DNA from: an uncultured Kiloniellales bacterium
GTDB taxonomy: Bacteria; Actinomycetota; Acidimicrobiia; Spongiisociales; UBA5794
Length of the DNA: 64,000 bases
Reading direction: 5' to 3'
Assembly: GCA_964196275.1 (NCBI GenBank)
Contig: CAXMSN010000067.1
Location: forward strand, 15,399-79,398
Numbering within the stretch: position 1 is the first letter of the stretch; each line of letters begins with the position of its first letter. Under the pieces are notes generated by a model. It was given only the letters and a program-made list of their open reading frames with translations. It was not told the DNA's origin and searched no databases. Of the stretch, positions 34,177-43,292 are shown piece after piece. The position numbers and the translations under genes are program-made.

Positions 34177-35502
34177 ATGGCTGATTCCTCAGAATCGCAC
34201 GTACAAAGGCAGCGCCAACGCCTTACGGCGACCGTTACCGACCTCGATGTCGACAGGCAGCGAGCCCTGCTGGTAGGGCTCGTCAGGTCGCGAAACGACC
34301 GCGCTCGTGGTTTGGCGAGTATCGAGGAGCTTGCACGCCTGACCGAGACGGCGGGCTCGGATCCCGTGGAATCGGTGCTGGTACGCCGCGAACGCCCCGT
34401 AGCGGCAACGTTCATCGGCAAAGGCAAACTCCAGGAACTCGTGGGCGTGTCAAAGGTCGAGGACATCGACGTCGTTGTGTTCGACAACGAACTCACGCCA
34501 GCCCAACAGCGAAACCTCCAGCAGGCTTTCCAGTGCGACGTCGTCGACCGCGTTGCCCTGATCCTCGACATCTTCGCCCAGCACGCCCACACGAAGGAGG
34601 GCATGCTCCAGGTTGAGCTCGCGCAGTCCAGATACCGGCTCCCCCGCCTCAGGGGCAAGGGCATCGAATTGAGCCGCCTCGGTGCAGGGATCGGCACACG
34701 AGGACCCGGTGAGACGAAGCTCGAGACCGACCGCAGGCGGATCCTCGACCGTATCCGCAAGATCGAGGGTGAACTCAAGGATGCCAGCCGATCACGTGCG
34801 ACAAGAAGCAAGCGGCGGAGGGGATCTGGCGAGTCGGTTGTGGCGATCGTCGGATACACGAACGCGGGCAAGTCGACGCTGTTCAACCAGATGACGGACG
34901 CTGGTGTCCTCGTGGAGGACAGCCTCTTCGCAACGCTCGACTCGACGGTGCGCAAGCTCCAACTTCCTCAGGGCCATACGGCGTTGGTGACGGACACGGT
35001 CGGCTTCGTGCGAGAACTGCCCCACGAGCTTGTCGAAGCGTTCCGCTCCACGCTGGAAGAGGTCGCCGACGCAGACCTTCTCATCCACCTCGTTGACGCA
35101 TCCGATGCTGACCCCGACCTACAACTCGCCTCCGTTCGGGCCGTGCTCAACGAGATCGGTGCCGAGAATGTCGAGGAGTACGTCGTCTTCAACAAGATCG
35201 ACGCCGCGGGTCCGACCACCACCGGGCGGCTCCAGGCCTTGCACCCGGATGCGGGTTTCATCTCAGCCAAAACGGGCGAGGGCGTCGACGGACTCCTCAA
35301 TGACATCGTCGCTGAGCTACACGCCCACACGGTCGAACTTTCCCTTTTGATCCCATACGCACGAGGCGATGTCGTCACGGAAGCCCACAACGCTGGCGAT
35401 GTCCTGAAGGTCGACCACACCGACGCCGGGACCGAGGTGACCGTTCGGATACCGCACGACGACGCCCACCGATTCAGAGAGTTCGTGATCCCTGCGGAAT
35501 AG
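34177..35502 (+). CDS. hflX: GTPase HflX
   Basis: Start ATG-34177. It has the HflX N-domain ('FIGKGKLQEL..', 'ELTPAQQRNLQ', 'VALILDIFAQHA') and a G-domain ('VAIVGYTNAGKSTLFN', 'DTVGF', 'NKID'). Confidence 0.92.
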   Translation: MADSSESHVQRQRQRLTATVTDLDVDRQRALLVGLVRSRNDRARGLASIEELARLTETAGSDPVESVLVRRERPVAATFIGKGKLQELVGVSKVEDIDVVVFDNELTPAQQRNLQQAFQCDVVDRVALILDIFAQHAHTKEGMLQVELAQSRYRLPRLRGKGIELSRLGAGIGTRGPGETKLETDRRRILDRIRKIEGELKDASRSRATRSKRRRGSGESVVAIVGYTNAGKSTLFNQMTDAGVLVEDSLFATLDSTVRKLQLPQGHTALVTDTVGFVRELPHELVEAFRSTLEEVADADLLIHLVDASDADPDLQLASVRAVLNEIGAENVEEYVVFNKIDAAGPTTTGRLQALHPDAGFISAKTGEGVDGLLNDIVAELHAHTVELSLLIPYARGDVVTEAHNAGDVLKVDHTDAGTEVTVRIPHDDAHRFREFVIPAE

Positions 35503-35506
35503 CGAG

Positions 35507-36835
35507 CTATATCAGGTCGAGGACCCCTGGCCTGAGACGCTCCGGGTCACCTCGCACAGGGGCGGTTGCGGACTGACGGACGTCGATGACCAACGGCGGC
35601 TCGCGACGGTCCGGAAGCAGAACGAGCGATACGTAGGCCACCTGGATGATGAGTGCCACGACGCCAGCAGACGAGAGACCGAGTTCCGTTGGCCAGAATG
35701 GGAGCACCGGGATCAGGGCACCGACCACCCACGCGATCTGAAACATCGTCTCGGATGTCGTGAACGCCCGCGCTCGATCCTCTTCGGGAACGGTTCTGTG
35801 CATCATCCCGTCGAAAGCGAACTTTGCGGTACCCCAGGCGAAACCGGCTGCGCCAACGACAACAGACGCGGCAGCCAACGACAGCACCTGTGCCCCGACG
35901 AACGCTGCGATCGCCATGACCGCGAGGGCACCGACCACCATCGGCTCCTCACGTACGTGCCTTCCGATCGTCGGGGCTGCCCACGCTGACAGGAAGAATC
36001 CGAGCCCTGCAGCTGCGAGAAGCATGGCAAGGCTCGCCACACTGGCATCTCCGTCTCTGAGCGAGAAAGCGATCAGGAGCACGAGATAGCCGTTCAGGAA
36101 CCGCACACCAGCGGTCGCAAACCGCGCAAGACGGATGTCCCGTGGAAGCTTGTAGCGCCGCCGCGTACCAGCGGGGGTGTGTGCAACGCCTGTGACGGGG
36201 GGAAGTTGTGTTGCAGAGACTGTCGCCACCACGTACAAGGCGATGGCACCGATCAGCACGGGGACAGCGCCGACAAGTGCGTCAACGCCTGCGGCGACCG
36301 GTACGACGATCGCTGCAGCGATGACTCCAGCACGGGCAAGCCGAGCGTTGGCGTCGATCAGCTCATCCGTGTTCCGTACGACGACAGGGAGAACGCTTGA
36401 GCGAGATATCCCATGGAAACGGGACAGCACGAGCATCAGAAAGGCAAGCGGGAACAGCCACAGGGAGTCGATCGCAACGACGAATCCTGCCGCAACGCCG
36501 GCTCGGCCGATCGAGGAGAGCGCAAGCCCGGTGCGGTACGCCCCCGGTGACCGATCGAACAATTTCGCAAGCAGTGGACCGAGCAGGGCGAACGGTGCAA
36601 GCGTGAGCAGCAAGTAGAGCGCCACGTTCGATCGGGCCTCGGTACTCGGCACGGAGAAGAAGAGCGTGCCGGCGAGAGCGACTGCAACGAGCGCATCCCC
36701 GGCAACGGACGCGGCATGCGACTCGGCGAGGCGACCGTAGCCGTGCCCCCATCCACGGAAGACCGATGTGAAGGCCCGACCGAGGGAGAGCAGCATCACA
36801 TTCATCTTCGAACGCGGAACAATGTCAGGCTGCAT
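35507..36835 (-). CDS. MFS-type transporter
   Basis: 442 aa with ~12 hydrophobic segments. No finer assignment is possible. Confidence 0.7.
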   Translation of the reverse strand: MQPDIVPRSKMNVMLLSLGRAFTSVFRGWGHGYGRLAESHAASVAGDALVAVALAGTLFFSVPSTEARSNVALYLLLTLAPFALLGPLLAKLFDRSPGAYRTGLALSSIGRAGVAAGFVVAIDSLWLFPLAFLMLVLSRFHGISRSSVLPVVVRNTDELIDANARLARAGVIAAAIVVPVAAGVDALVGAVPVLIGAIALYVVATVSATQLPPVTGVAHTPAGTRRRYKLPRDIRLARFATAGVRFLNGYLVLLIAFSLRDGDASVASLAMLLAAAGLGFFLSAWAAPTIGRHVREEPMVVGALAVMAIAAFVGAQVLSLAAASVVVGAAGFAWGTAKFAFDGMMHRTVPEEDRARAFTTSETMFQIAWVVGALIPVLPFWPTELGLSSAGVVALIIQVAYVSLVLLPDRREPPLVIDVRQSATAPVRGDPERLRPGVLDLI

Positions 36836-36875
36836 GCGGCGACCCTATCGCACGAATCGAATATCTCGACGCTTC

Positions 36876-38213
36876 TCAGAGCAGTTGCGTAGCGAGCTCG
36901 GCAAGCGGGCTCCGCACCGTTCGCTCCATCGTCACGTGTCCGAACATCGGGTTTCCCTTGAACTTCTCGATGAGCGCTGCGAGGCCACCGAACGGCGACA
37001 CATACGGGTTATCGACCTGGGACAGATCTCCGCAGAACACGACTTTCGAGTTTGCACCCATCCGCGTCAGGATCACCTTGAGGGTCGGCAGTTCGAGGTT
37101 CTGCGCCTCGTCGACGATCACGAGCTCGCCTGTGATCGAACGCCCCCTGAGATACGTGACGGCCGCCAGCTCGAGAACGTCGCGGTCGAACAGCTCCTCA
37201 ACGGCGTCTCTCGGGTTCGACCCCTCTCCACCGAAAAGGGCGTACAGATTGTCATGGACCGCAGCCATCCAAGGCTCGAGCTTGTCGTTCAGGTCACCAG
37301 GAAGGAAACCGACTTCCTGGCGGCCGAGCGCTACGAGTGGCCGGTACACGGACACCTTGCGATACCTACCCATCTCGATCACTTGCTCAAGACCAGCTGC
37401 GAGAGAAAGGTACGTCTTGCCGGTTCCAGCCATACCCATGATGCTGACGGCCGAGATGTCAGGGTCGAGGAGCAGATCAGCCGCAAACGCCTGCCTGGTG
37501 TTCTTCGTCTCCGTCCCGAACAGCTGCCGAGAGCCGGCGACACGCACCGCAACAGGGTTCATCCCGTGTTCAGCGACCCTCGCAAGTGCCGATGCCGAGC
37601 TGGGTCCCTTGAGTATGAGGTACTGGTTCACGATCCCGTCGAGCTCGGGTATGACCGCCTTTCCGGAGTCATAGATCTCATCAATGACATCAGTGTCCAC
37701 CTCGACCTCTGCCACACCGCTGTAGGACTCGTCCACCTGGACGGTGTCACCGCGGTAATCCTCGACCGCGACTCCGAGCTGTGCGCTCTTGATTCGGAGG
37801 GCAGCGTCCTTCGTTACGAGTACGGTCTCTCGGCCTGAGTCGTGAAGGTTCAGGCACGTCGCGAGAATGCGGTGGTCTGGCGTCGAGGGATCCAGAACCT
37901 CGGGGAGCCGATCCGAGTGGATGCCATTGAGTTCGATCCTGACGGTTCCGCCGGACGGCATCTCGAACGGCTCGGAGAGGCCGCCGTTTCGGGAAGCACC
38001 CATCTCTTCAAGGAGGCGGATCGCCCTCCTGGCGTTCGCACCGACCTCATCCATCCGGGTCTTCTGGCGGTCGAGTTCCTCGATGACAACAAGAGGGAGA
38101 ACAACCTCATGCTCATCGAAGTGGACAAGCGACTGGGGGTCAGCGAGAAGAACACACGTGTCAAGAACGTACGACTTGCTCCCAGAGGGCCGATTCAACG
38201 GACGTTCAAGCAC
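36876..38213 (-). CDS. PhoH2: PIN-domain RNase fused to PhoH-like ATPase
   Basis: 445 aa. N-terminal PIN ('YVLDTCVLLADPQSL..VVLPLVVIEELD') and C-terminal PhoH ('GMAGTGKTYLSLAAGL', 'LVIVDEAQN'). Confidence 0.9.
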   Translation of the reverse strand: MLERPLNRPSGSKSYVLDTCVLLADPQSLVHFDEHEVVLPLVVIEELDRQKTRMDEVGANARRAIRLLEEMGASRNGGLSEPFEMPSGGTVRIELNGIHSDRLPEVLDPSTPDHRILATCLNLHDSGRETVLVTKDAALRIKSAQLGVAVEDYRGDTVQVDESYSGVAEVEVDTDVIDEIYDSGKAVIPELDGIVNQYLILKGPSSASALARVAEHGMNPVAVRVAGSRQLFGTETKNTRQAFAADLLLDPDISAVSIMGMAGTGKTYLSLAAGLEQVIEMGRYRKVSVYRPLVALGRQEVGFLPGDLNDKLEPWMAAVHDNLYALFGGEGSNPRDAVEELFDRDVLELAAVTYLRGRSITGELVIVDEAQNLELPTLKVILTRMGANSKVVFCGDLSQVDNPYVSPFGGLAALIEKFKGNPMFGHVTMERTVRSPLAELATQLL

Positions 38214-38298
38214 CTGGCGAAATTACCGCTTGGGGCACTGCATTGCAATGACCTTGCGAAAGCCCACGGACCAGGGACTACGGACCACAGACCCAGAG

Positions 38299-38348
38299 AT
38301 CCCCCTGGCTCGCTTTGCTCGCCCGTCCCCCTTGAAAGGGGGACGAAG
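38299..38348 (+). repeat. 'C-element' intergenic repeat copy 1 (contains an 8-bp/4-nt-loop hairpin gtccccct-tgaa-agggggac)
   Basis: 'atccccctggctcgctttgctcgcccgtcccccttgaaagggggacgaag' is near-identical to 58348..58398 (3 substitutions plus a 1-nt indel in the central spacer). The inverted copy lies at 56948..56997. Confidence 0.9.
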
Positions 38349-38384
38349 CGTGGGCGGTCGCCTAGGGTCTGCCAGAATCTCTTC

Positions 38385-39389
38385 ATGACGAAATATGCGG
38401 TTATTGGGGCGGGGTCTTGGGGGACGACGGTTGCTGCGATGGTTGCGCCCGTTGTGGAGACCGTCATGTGGGCACGGAACGATGCGGTGTCTCAAGACAT
38501 CGAGCATCGGAACCGCAATTCTGCGTATCTCGACGGCTTCGATCTTCCGGTGTCCTTGCATGCGACGACTGACATCGCTGAAGCGCTGACCGGAGCCGAT
38601 GTCGTGGTCATGGGCGTCCCGTCCCACGGCTACCGGACTGTGCTCGAAGACTGTGCACCGTTCATCGACAGCAGCACACCCATCGTCTCCCTGTCGAAGG
38701 GGATCGAGGCAGGGACACTGATGCGGATGACGGAGGTCACCCTTGACGTCCTGCCTGACCACGACCCATCGGTCGTTGGGGTTCTCACCGGCCCGAACCT
38801 CGCACGCGAGATCATGCAGGGCCAACCTGCAGCCACCGTGATCGCCCTGCCGGACGCAGGGACAGCATCGGAACTCCAGCAGGTGTTCATCAACCCTCGA
38901 TTCCGTGTCTACACGAACACAGACGTGGTTGGCGCTGAGTCTGCAGGTGCGGTGAAGAACGTTATGGCGATCGCTGCCGGCATGGCATCCGGCAAGGGAT
39001 ATGGAGACAACACACTTGCGACGCTCGTGACGAGGGCACTCGTCGAGATGACACGCCTCGGCGTCGCGATGGGCGGTGACCATCGAACCTTCCCCGGCCT
39101 CGCTGGCCTCGGTGACCTGATAGCGACGTGCAACAGCTCTCAAAGCCGTAACCACAAGGTCGGCTTCGCTCTCGGCCAGGGCCGCACGCTCGAAGAGGTC
39201 ACATCGGAGATGAACATGGTGGCTGAAGGTGTCAAGTCCACAAGCGGCGTGCTCGAACTCGCACAGCGCCACGACGTCGAGATGCCCATCGCCGTACAGG
39301 TTGGTCGGGTTATCTACGACGGCGTCGAACCGGGCGTCGCTCTTCACGAACTCATGACGAGGGCCGCAGGGAGTGAGTACTCGGACTAG
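38385..39389 (+). CDS. gpsA: NAD(P)H-dependent glycerol-3-phosphate dehydrogenase
   Basis: Start ATG-38385: 'MTKYAVIGAGSWGTTVAAMVA'. Also 'SLSKGIE', 'GPNLAREI' and 'AGAVKNVMAIAAG'. Confidence 0.93.
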   Translation: MTKYAVIGAGSWGTTVAAMVAPVVETVMWARNDAVSQDIEHRNRNSAYLDGFDLPVSLHATTDIAEALTGADVVVMGVPSHGYRTVLEDCAPFIDSSTPIVSLSKGIEAGTLMRMTEVTLDVLPDHDPSVVGVLTGPNLAREIMQGQPAATVIALPDAGTASELQQVFINPRFRVYTNTDVVGAESAGAVKNVMAIAAGMASGKGYGDNTLATLVTRALVEMTRLGVAMGGDHRTFPGLAGLGDLIATCNSSQSRNHKVGFALGQGRTLEEVTSEMNMVAEGVKSTSGVLELAQRHDVEMPIAVQVGRVIYDGVEPGVALHELMTRAAGSEYSD

Positions 39390-40027
39390 ACGGTGGTGCT
39401 GAGGGCCGGCGGGCTGAAGGTGCTCCTCGCAGCTTCGACCTCGTCTCTGATCACACAGCCGCCGAGATGATCGTTGACCAGTCCCATCGCCTGCATGAAC
39501 GCATACATCGTCGTCGGCCCCACGAACCGCCAGCCCCGCTTCTTCAGATCCTTCGACAGCGCCGTCGACAGCTCGGTCGTCGGCTGGATGTCCAAGGGAG
39601 CAGGGCCCCGAGCGGGCTCGTGAGACCAGAGAAACGCACCGACCGATCCGAACTCGTCAGCCATTTCGAGCGCCCTGCCTGCGTTGTTGATCGTGGCCTC
39701 GATCTTGCCTCGGTGTCGCACGATCCCTGCATCCTGTAGCAACTCCAACACGTTCGCCTCTGTGTACTCCGAGACGACCACAGGGTCGAAGTCGGCGAAC
39801 GCTGCTCTGAAGTTCTCCCGCTTGCGAAGGATCGTCAGCCAACTCAGCCCCGACTGGAAGCCCTCAAGGCAGATCTTCTCGAACAGCCGGCGTTCATTCC
39901 CCTGAGGGAAGCCCCACTCGGTGTCGTGATACGCCTCGTAATCGGGATCGGACAGCCCCCACCAGCAGCGGAGACGTCCATCGGCACCTGGTTCGGTATG
40001 CATGAGGGCAGAATAGACAACAGACAA
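39386..40027 (-). CDS. tag: DNA-3-methyladenine glycosylase I
   Basis: 'RLRCWWGLSDPDYEAYHDTEWGFP..LFEKICLEGFQSGLSWLTILRKRENFRAAF'. The start may be ATG-40027 or ATG-40003. Confidence 0.9.
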   Translation of the reverse strand: MSVVYSALMHTEPGADGRLRCWWGLSDPDYEAYHDTEWGFPQGNERRLFEKICLEGFQSGLSWLTILRKRENFRAAFADFDPVVVSEYTEANVLELLQDAGIVRHRGKIEATINNAGRALEMADEFGSVGAFLWSHEPARGPAPLDIQPTTELSTALSKDLKKRGWRFVGPTTMYAFMQAMGLVNDHLGGCVIRDEVEAARSTFSPPALSTTV

Positions 40028-40029
40028 CA

Positions 40030-40063
40030 GGCTTCTGACTTCGGACCACAGAAGTCAGAAGCC
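40030..40063 (-). terminator. 13-bp perfect hairpin directly after the DAHPS-like/CM gene
   Basis: 'ggcttctgacttc-ggaccaca-gaagtcagaagcc', 5 nt after stop 40069 on the minus strand, followed by a moderately T-rich tract. Confidence 0.6.
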
Positions 40064-40068
40064 AGAAG

Positions 40069-41142
40069 TCAGGTTGCGTCGTCGTCTGCGGCTCTCTGCT
40101 GCGCTGCCTTGGAGTACCGCAGCACCACGCTCATCACGTCTTCTATGTAGTCGGGGTCCAGGCCGACCGCCGCCGCGTCGGCTCGGGCCTCAGCTATGAG
40201 CTCGGCTTCGCGGTTTGGCGACTCCATTGCCAGCCCACGCGATGCCTTGAGTTGGCCGATTTCGATGGAGCTTCTCAGCCGTCTTGCGATCAGCTTCAGC
40301 AATTCTCTGTCCATCCTGTCGATCTCATCCCGAAGCGAGGGAATGCCGAGACTGTCCATCAGCGTTGCGAACGCGTCGAAGTTGAGGTGCCCACCCGTAC
40401 GGAATCCAGCGGACTCGGGATCCGGGTGCACGGCCACCATGAGGCCATCGGCACCGGCGACCCTGACCGCCAATGCAAGTGTCCCGATGAGGTCGAGCGA
40501 GCCAGTGGTTGGTGCAGGGTTCACGACGACGGGCAGCTGGGACATCTGCTGCACGACCGCCACAGCCGAGATGTCAACCGTCCCTGAGGTTCGTGGGTCG
40601 AAGCCCTCCGATCCACGCTCGCAAAGGATCACCCGGGTACCGCCCGATAACACGTGATCGGCAGCAACGAGCCACTGGTCGACGGTCGCCTCAGCGCCGC
40701 GGTGGACGATGACCGGGAGCCCAGATTCGCCAGCCGCCACGAGCAGTTCGCTCTCCAGCATGCGCGACGGTCCGATCTCGAGGATGTCGACGTGCTCGAC
40801 CGCCTTGGCGACCTCGTTGGGTTCGAAGACGAACGTCGATGTGGCCAGCCCTGTTGCTCGACTTGCGTGCTCAAGCAACCACAGGCCATCCTCAGCGAGC
40901 GGCGAGAAGCCAGCCGCAACGTCATCCGGTAGGAATGTTGCCGATCGCAGCACAAGCCCTCCAGCTTCGCTGACCGCCGATGCCGTCGCCATGATCTGTT
41001 CCTCGGACTCGACGGCAGCGGGACCGGCCAGCACAGGGAACGCCCCATCGCCGAAGCGCACGTCAGCAGCCGCGACCACGGTCGTTTCTAGGTCGGGTTT
41101 CCTCTGGCTCTTCAGTTGTGGTTCGTCGTCAGCCACGGTCAT
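40069..41142 (-). CDS. degenerate type I-beta DAHP-synthase-like domain fused to a C-terminal AroQ chorismate mutase
   Basis: Start ATG-41142, a 14-nt overlap with the upstream gene. The DAHPS fold aligns throughout ('LAGPAAVESEEQI', 'VILCERG', 'GADGLMVAVHPDP'), but the catalytic motifs are substituted. The CM domain 'LRDEIDRMDRELLKLIARRLR..IGQLK..NREAELI..VLRYSKAAQ' looks intact. Confidence 0.8.
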   Translation of the reverse strand: MTVADDEPQLKSQRKPDLETTVVAAADVRFGDGAFPVLAGPAAVESEEQIMATASAVSEAGGLVLRSATFLPDDVAAGFSPLAEDGLWLLEHASRATGLATSTFVFEPNEVAKAVEHVDILEIGPSRMLESELLVAAGESGLPVIVHRGAEATVDQWLVAADHVLSGGTRVILCERGSEGFDPRTSGTVDISAVAVVQQMSQLPVVVNPAPTTGSLDLIGTLALAVRVAGADGLMVAVHPDPESAGFRTGGHLNFDAFATLMDSLGIPSLRDEIDRMDRELLKLIARRLRSSIEIGQLKASRGLAMESPNREAELIAEARADAAAVGLDPDYIEDVMSVVLRYSKAAQQRAADDDAT

Positions 41143-42190
41143 CACCCCCCAGGAGGTCCTTGCACGCCTTTGCGAGGCTCGGTGCAATCGGTTCAAACGC
41201 TGCGAACCGATCGTCCGTCGTCTGACCTGCGACGTACCTCGCGTAGATCTGCTCGATGATGACAGCGATTCGAAAGAGCGCAAGCGCCTCGTAGAACGCA
41301 ACGCCAGAAACATCGAACCCTGTTCGCTCGGCGTAGCGTGCTCGCACCTCGCTCTTGGGCATCACATCGCCGATCGCGACGGCACGATCACCGAACACGG
41401 GATACGTCGGGTCGCCGGGCTGTGCCCAGTACGCGAGCAAGGTTCCAGCGTCGACCAGCGGGTCCCCCCTTGTGGACATGTCCCAATCGAATACCGCCAC
41501 AAGGGATCCGTCATCCCCGATCATCGTGTTATCGAGTTTGTAGTCGTTGTGCAGGATCGCCACCCGTTGGGGTTCGGGGAGCGAGCCCATCAGCAGGTCG
41601 CTTGAAATCTCCATGTCCTCGACCGGCCTCGTCGTCGCTGCCTGCCAGCGCCTCGTCCATCCTTCGATCTGGCGGGAGACGAAACCATCCGGATGCCCAA
41701 GATCGTCGAGGCCGACATCAGCCGGATCCACGCTGTGCAGATCCGCGAGGCCGTCGACAAGCGATTCGGCAACCGTGCGCTGTGCGGATGGTTCCGAAAG
41801 GGACTCGGGCCAGGTTCTGCGAACCACGGTCCCTGACCTCCGCTCCATGACGAAGAACGGCTTTCCCATCACATCAGGGTCGTCGCAGTAGTGATACGCC
41901 TGTGGGGCAAGGGGATATGCACGCCACAGCCGAGAAAGCACGCGGTGCTCCCTGCTCATGTCGTGTCCGCCCTTGGCAACTGACCCGAGGGGCGCCCGCC
42001 TCAGAACGAATTCGCCGCCATCAGCGGCCACGGCTCGATAGGTGAGGTTGGCGGCTCCACCTGGGAACTGATCGAACGAGATCGTCCCATCGCCGAAGAG
42101 TTCAGGGAGGCGGGCGCGCAGGTAGCCCGCAACGGTCGATTCGTCGAATCGCTCTTCATCCCTGATCGGTGCCGTGTCAGCCATCGACAT
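41129..42190 (-). CDS. phosphotransferase-family (APH-like) kinase
   Basis: Start ATG-42190. 'FPGGAANLTYR', the catalytic loop 'ILHNDYKLDNTMI' and 'VAVFDWDMSTRGDPLVD'. Confidence 0.82.
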   Translation of the reverse strand: MSMADTAPIRDEERFDESTVAGYLRARLPELFGDGTISFDQFPGGAANLTYRAVAADGGEFVLRRAPLGSVAKGGHDMSREHRVLSRLWRAYPLAPQAYHYCDDPDVMGKPFFVMERRSGTVVRRTWPESLSEPSAQRTVAESLVDGLADLHSVDPADVGLDDLGHPDGFVSRQIEGWTRRWQAATTRPVEDMEISSDLLMGSLPEPQRVAILHNDYKLDNTMIGDDGSLVAVFDWDMSTRGDPLVDAGTLLAYWAQPGDPTYPVFGDRAVAIGDVMPKSEVRARYAERTGFDVSGVAFYEALALFRIAVIIEQIYARYVAGQTTDDRFAAFEPIAPSLAKACKDLLGGDDRG

Positions 42191-42206
42191 CAGACTAGAA
42201 GAAGGG

Positions 42207-43292
42207 TCAGCCGACGACCATCTGCCAGCAGAGCGCCACGATCGCGACGGCGAAAACGACCGTAAGACCGACCTCGAGGGCGTGCCGCATGACCGAGACC
42301 CCCTCAGCGCGCATCGTTGGACCGCGCTCGACAGCCACGACGCCGACGATCCCAACACCGATCAATGCCGATGCGGCTGCCATCCACATCCACGCGTCAC
42401 CGACAGACGCTGCGTGGGCGAGTCTGTCCACCATCATCGCAAGAAAGACTCCCGCGAGGTACAAGTTGGTGAACACGAAGAACCGCATTGCGCGGCCCCT
42501 CTGACCTCGGAGCTTGCTTGCCAAGCCCACCAACGCTGCACCAAGCGTCACCGCAGTCGCCGAATAGATCCAACCAAGGTCTGAGACCGCCGGAAGCATC
42601 AACGCCGTCCCGGCTGCTACCACCGAGTACCAGAAGATGTTGGCGAAGGTTGGCGACTCGCCGACCACGACTGGCAGCATCGGCACAGAAGCCGCTCGAT
42701 AGTCATCTTCGTACTTGAGCGACAGTGCCCAGAAGTGAGGGGGGGTCCAGAAGAAGATGACCGCAAACATCACCCAGGCGGCAAGAGACAATGAGTCCGC
42801 ATACGCCGCCCACCCGATCAACGCCGGGATGGCACCGGCGGCTCCCCCGATCACGATGTTCTGCGTGCTCGACCGCTTCAGCAGCATCGTGTACACCACG
42901 ATGTAGTACATGAAGGCCGTTGCGGCGAGCAGGCCAGCCAACAGGTTCGCACCGAACGTAAGCACGAGGAAGCCTGCAACTCCGAGGAGCCCACCGAACC
43001 ACGTCGCTGCCGAGGAACTCACCCTGTCCGTTGGCAGAGGACGAGAGGCTGTGCGGCGCATGAGCTTGTCGATGTCGGCGTCGTACACCTGGTTGATCAC
43101 GTTGGCGCCGCCAGCCGCAAGGGTCCCTCCGAGCAACGTGACGAGGATCAGCCCGAGTCCGGGCCACCCGTCCGCCGCAACCACCATCGCCGGGATCGTC
43201 GTCACAAGGAGCAATTCGATGATTCGGGGCTTCGTCATCTCGACGTATGCACGCACAACCGAGTCCTTGCTCTCCGACGTTGCCTCACTCAT
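42207..43292 (-). CDS. ctaB: protoheme IX farnesyltransferase (heme O synthase) with ~60-aa extra C-terminal TM region
   Basis: 361 aa. 'YVEMTKPRIIELLLVTTIPAMVV', 'NQVYDADIDKLMRRTASRPLP' and 'FFWTPPHFWALS'. Confidence 0.92.
   Translation of the reverse strand: MSEATSESKDSVVRAYVEMTKPRIIELLLVTTIPAMVVAADGWPGLGLILVTLLGGTLAAGGANVINQVYDADIDKLMRRTASRPLPTDRVSSSAATWFGGLLGVAGFLVLTFGANLLAGLLAATAFMYYIVVYTMLLKRSSTQNIVIGGAAGAIPALIGWAAYADSLSLAAWVMFAVIFFWTPPHFWALSLKYEDDYRAASVPMLPVVVGESPTFANIFWYSVVAAGTALMLPAVSDLGWIYSATAVTLGAALVGLASKLRGQRGRAMRFFVFTNLYLAGVFLAMMVDRLAHAASVGDAWMWMAAASALIGVGIVGVVAVERGPTMRAEGVSVMRHALEVGLTVVFAVAIVALCWQMVVG

Noticed and set aside
34177-35502. GTPase considered as a possible SelB
   Set aside because: The sequence has the HflX-specific N-terminal domain and G-motifs. 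It lacks EF-Tu-like domains II/III and a winged-helix SECIS-binding tail.
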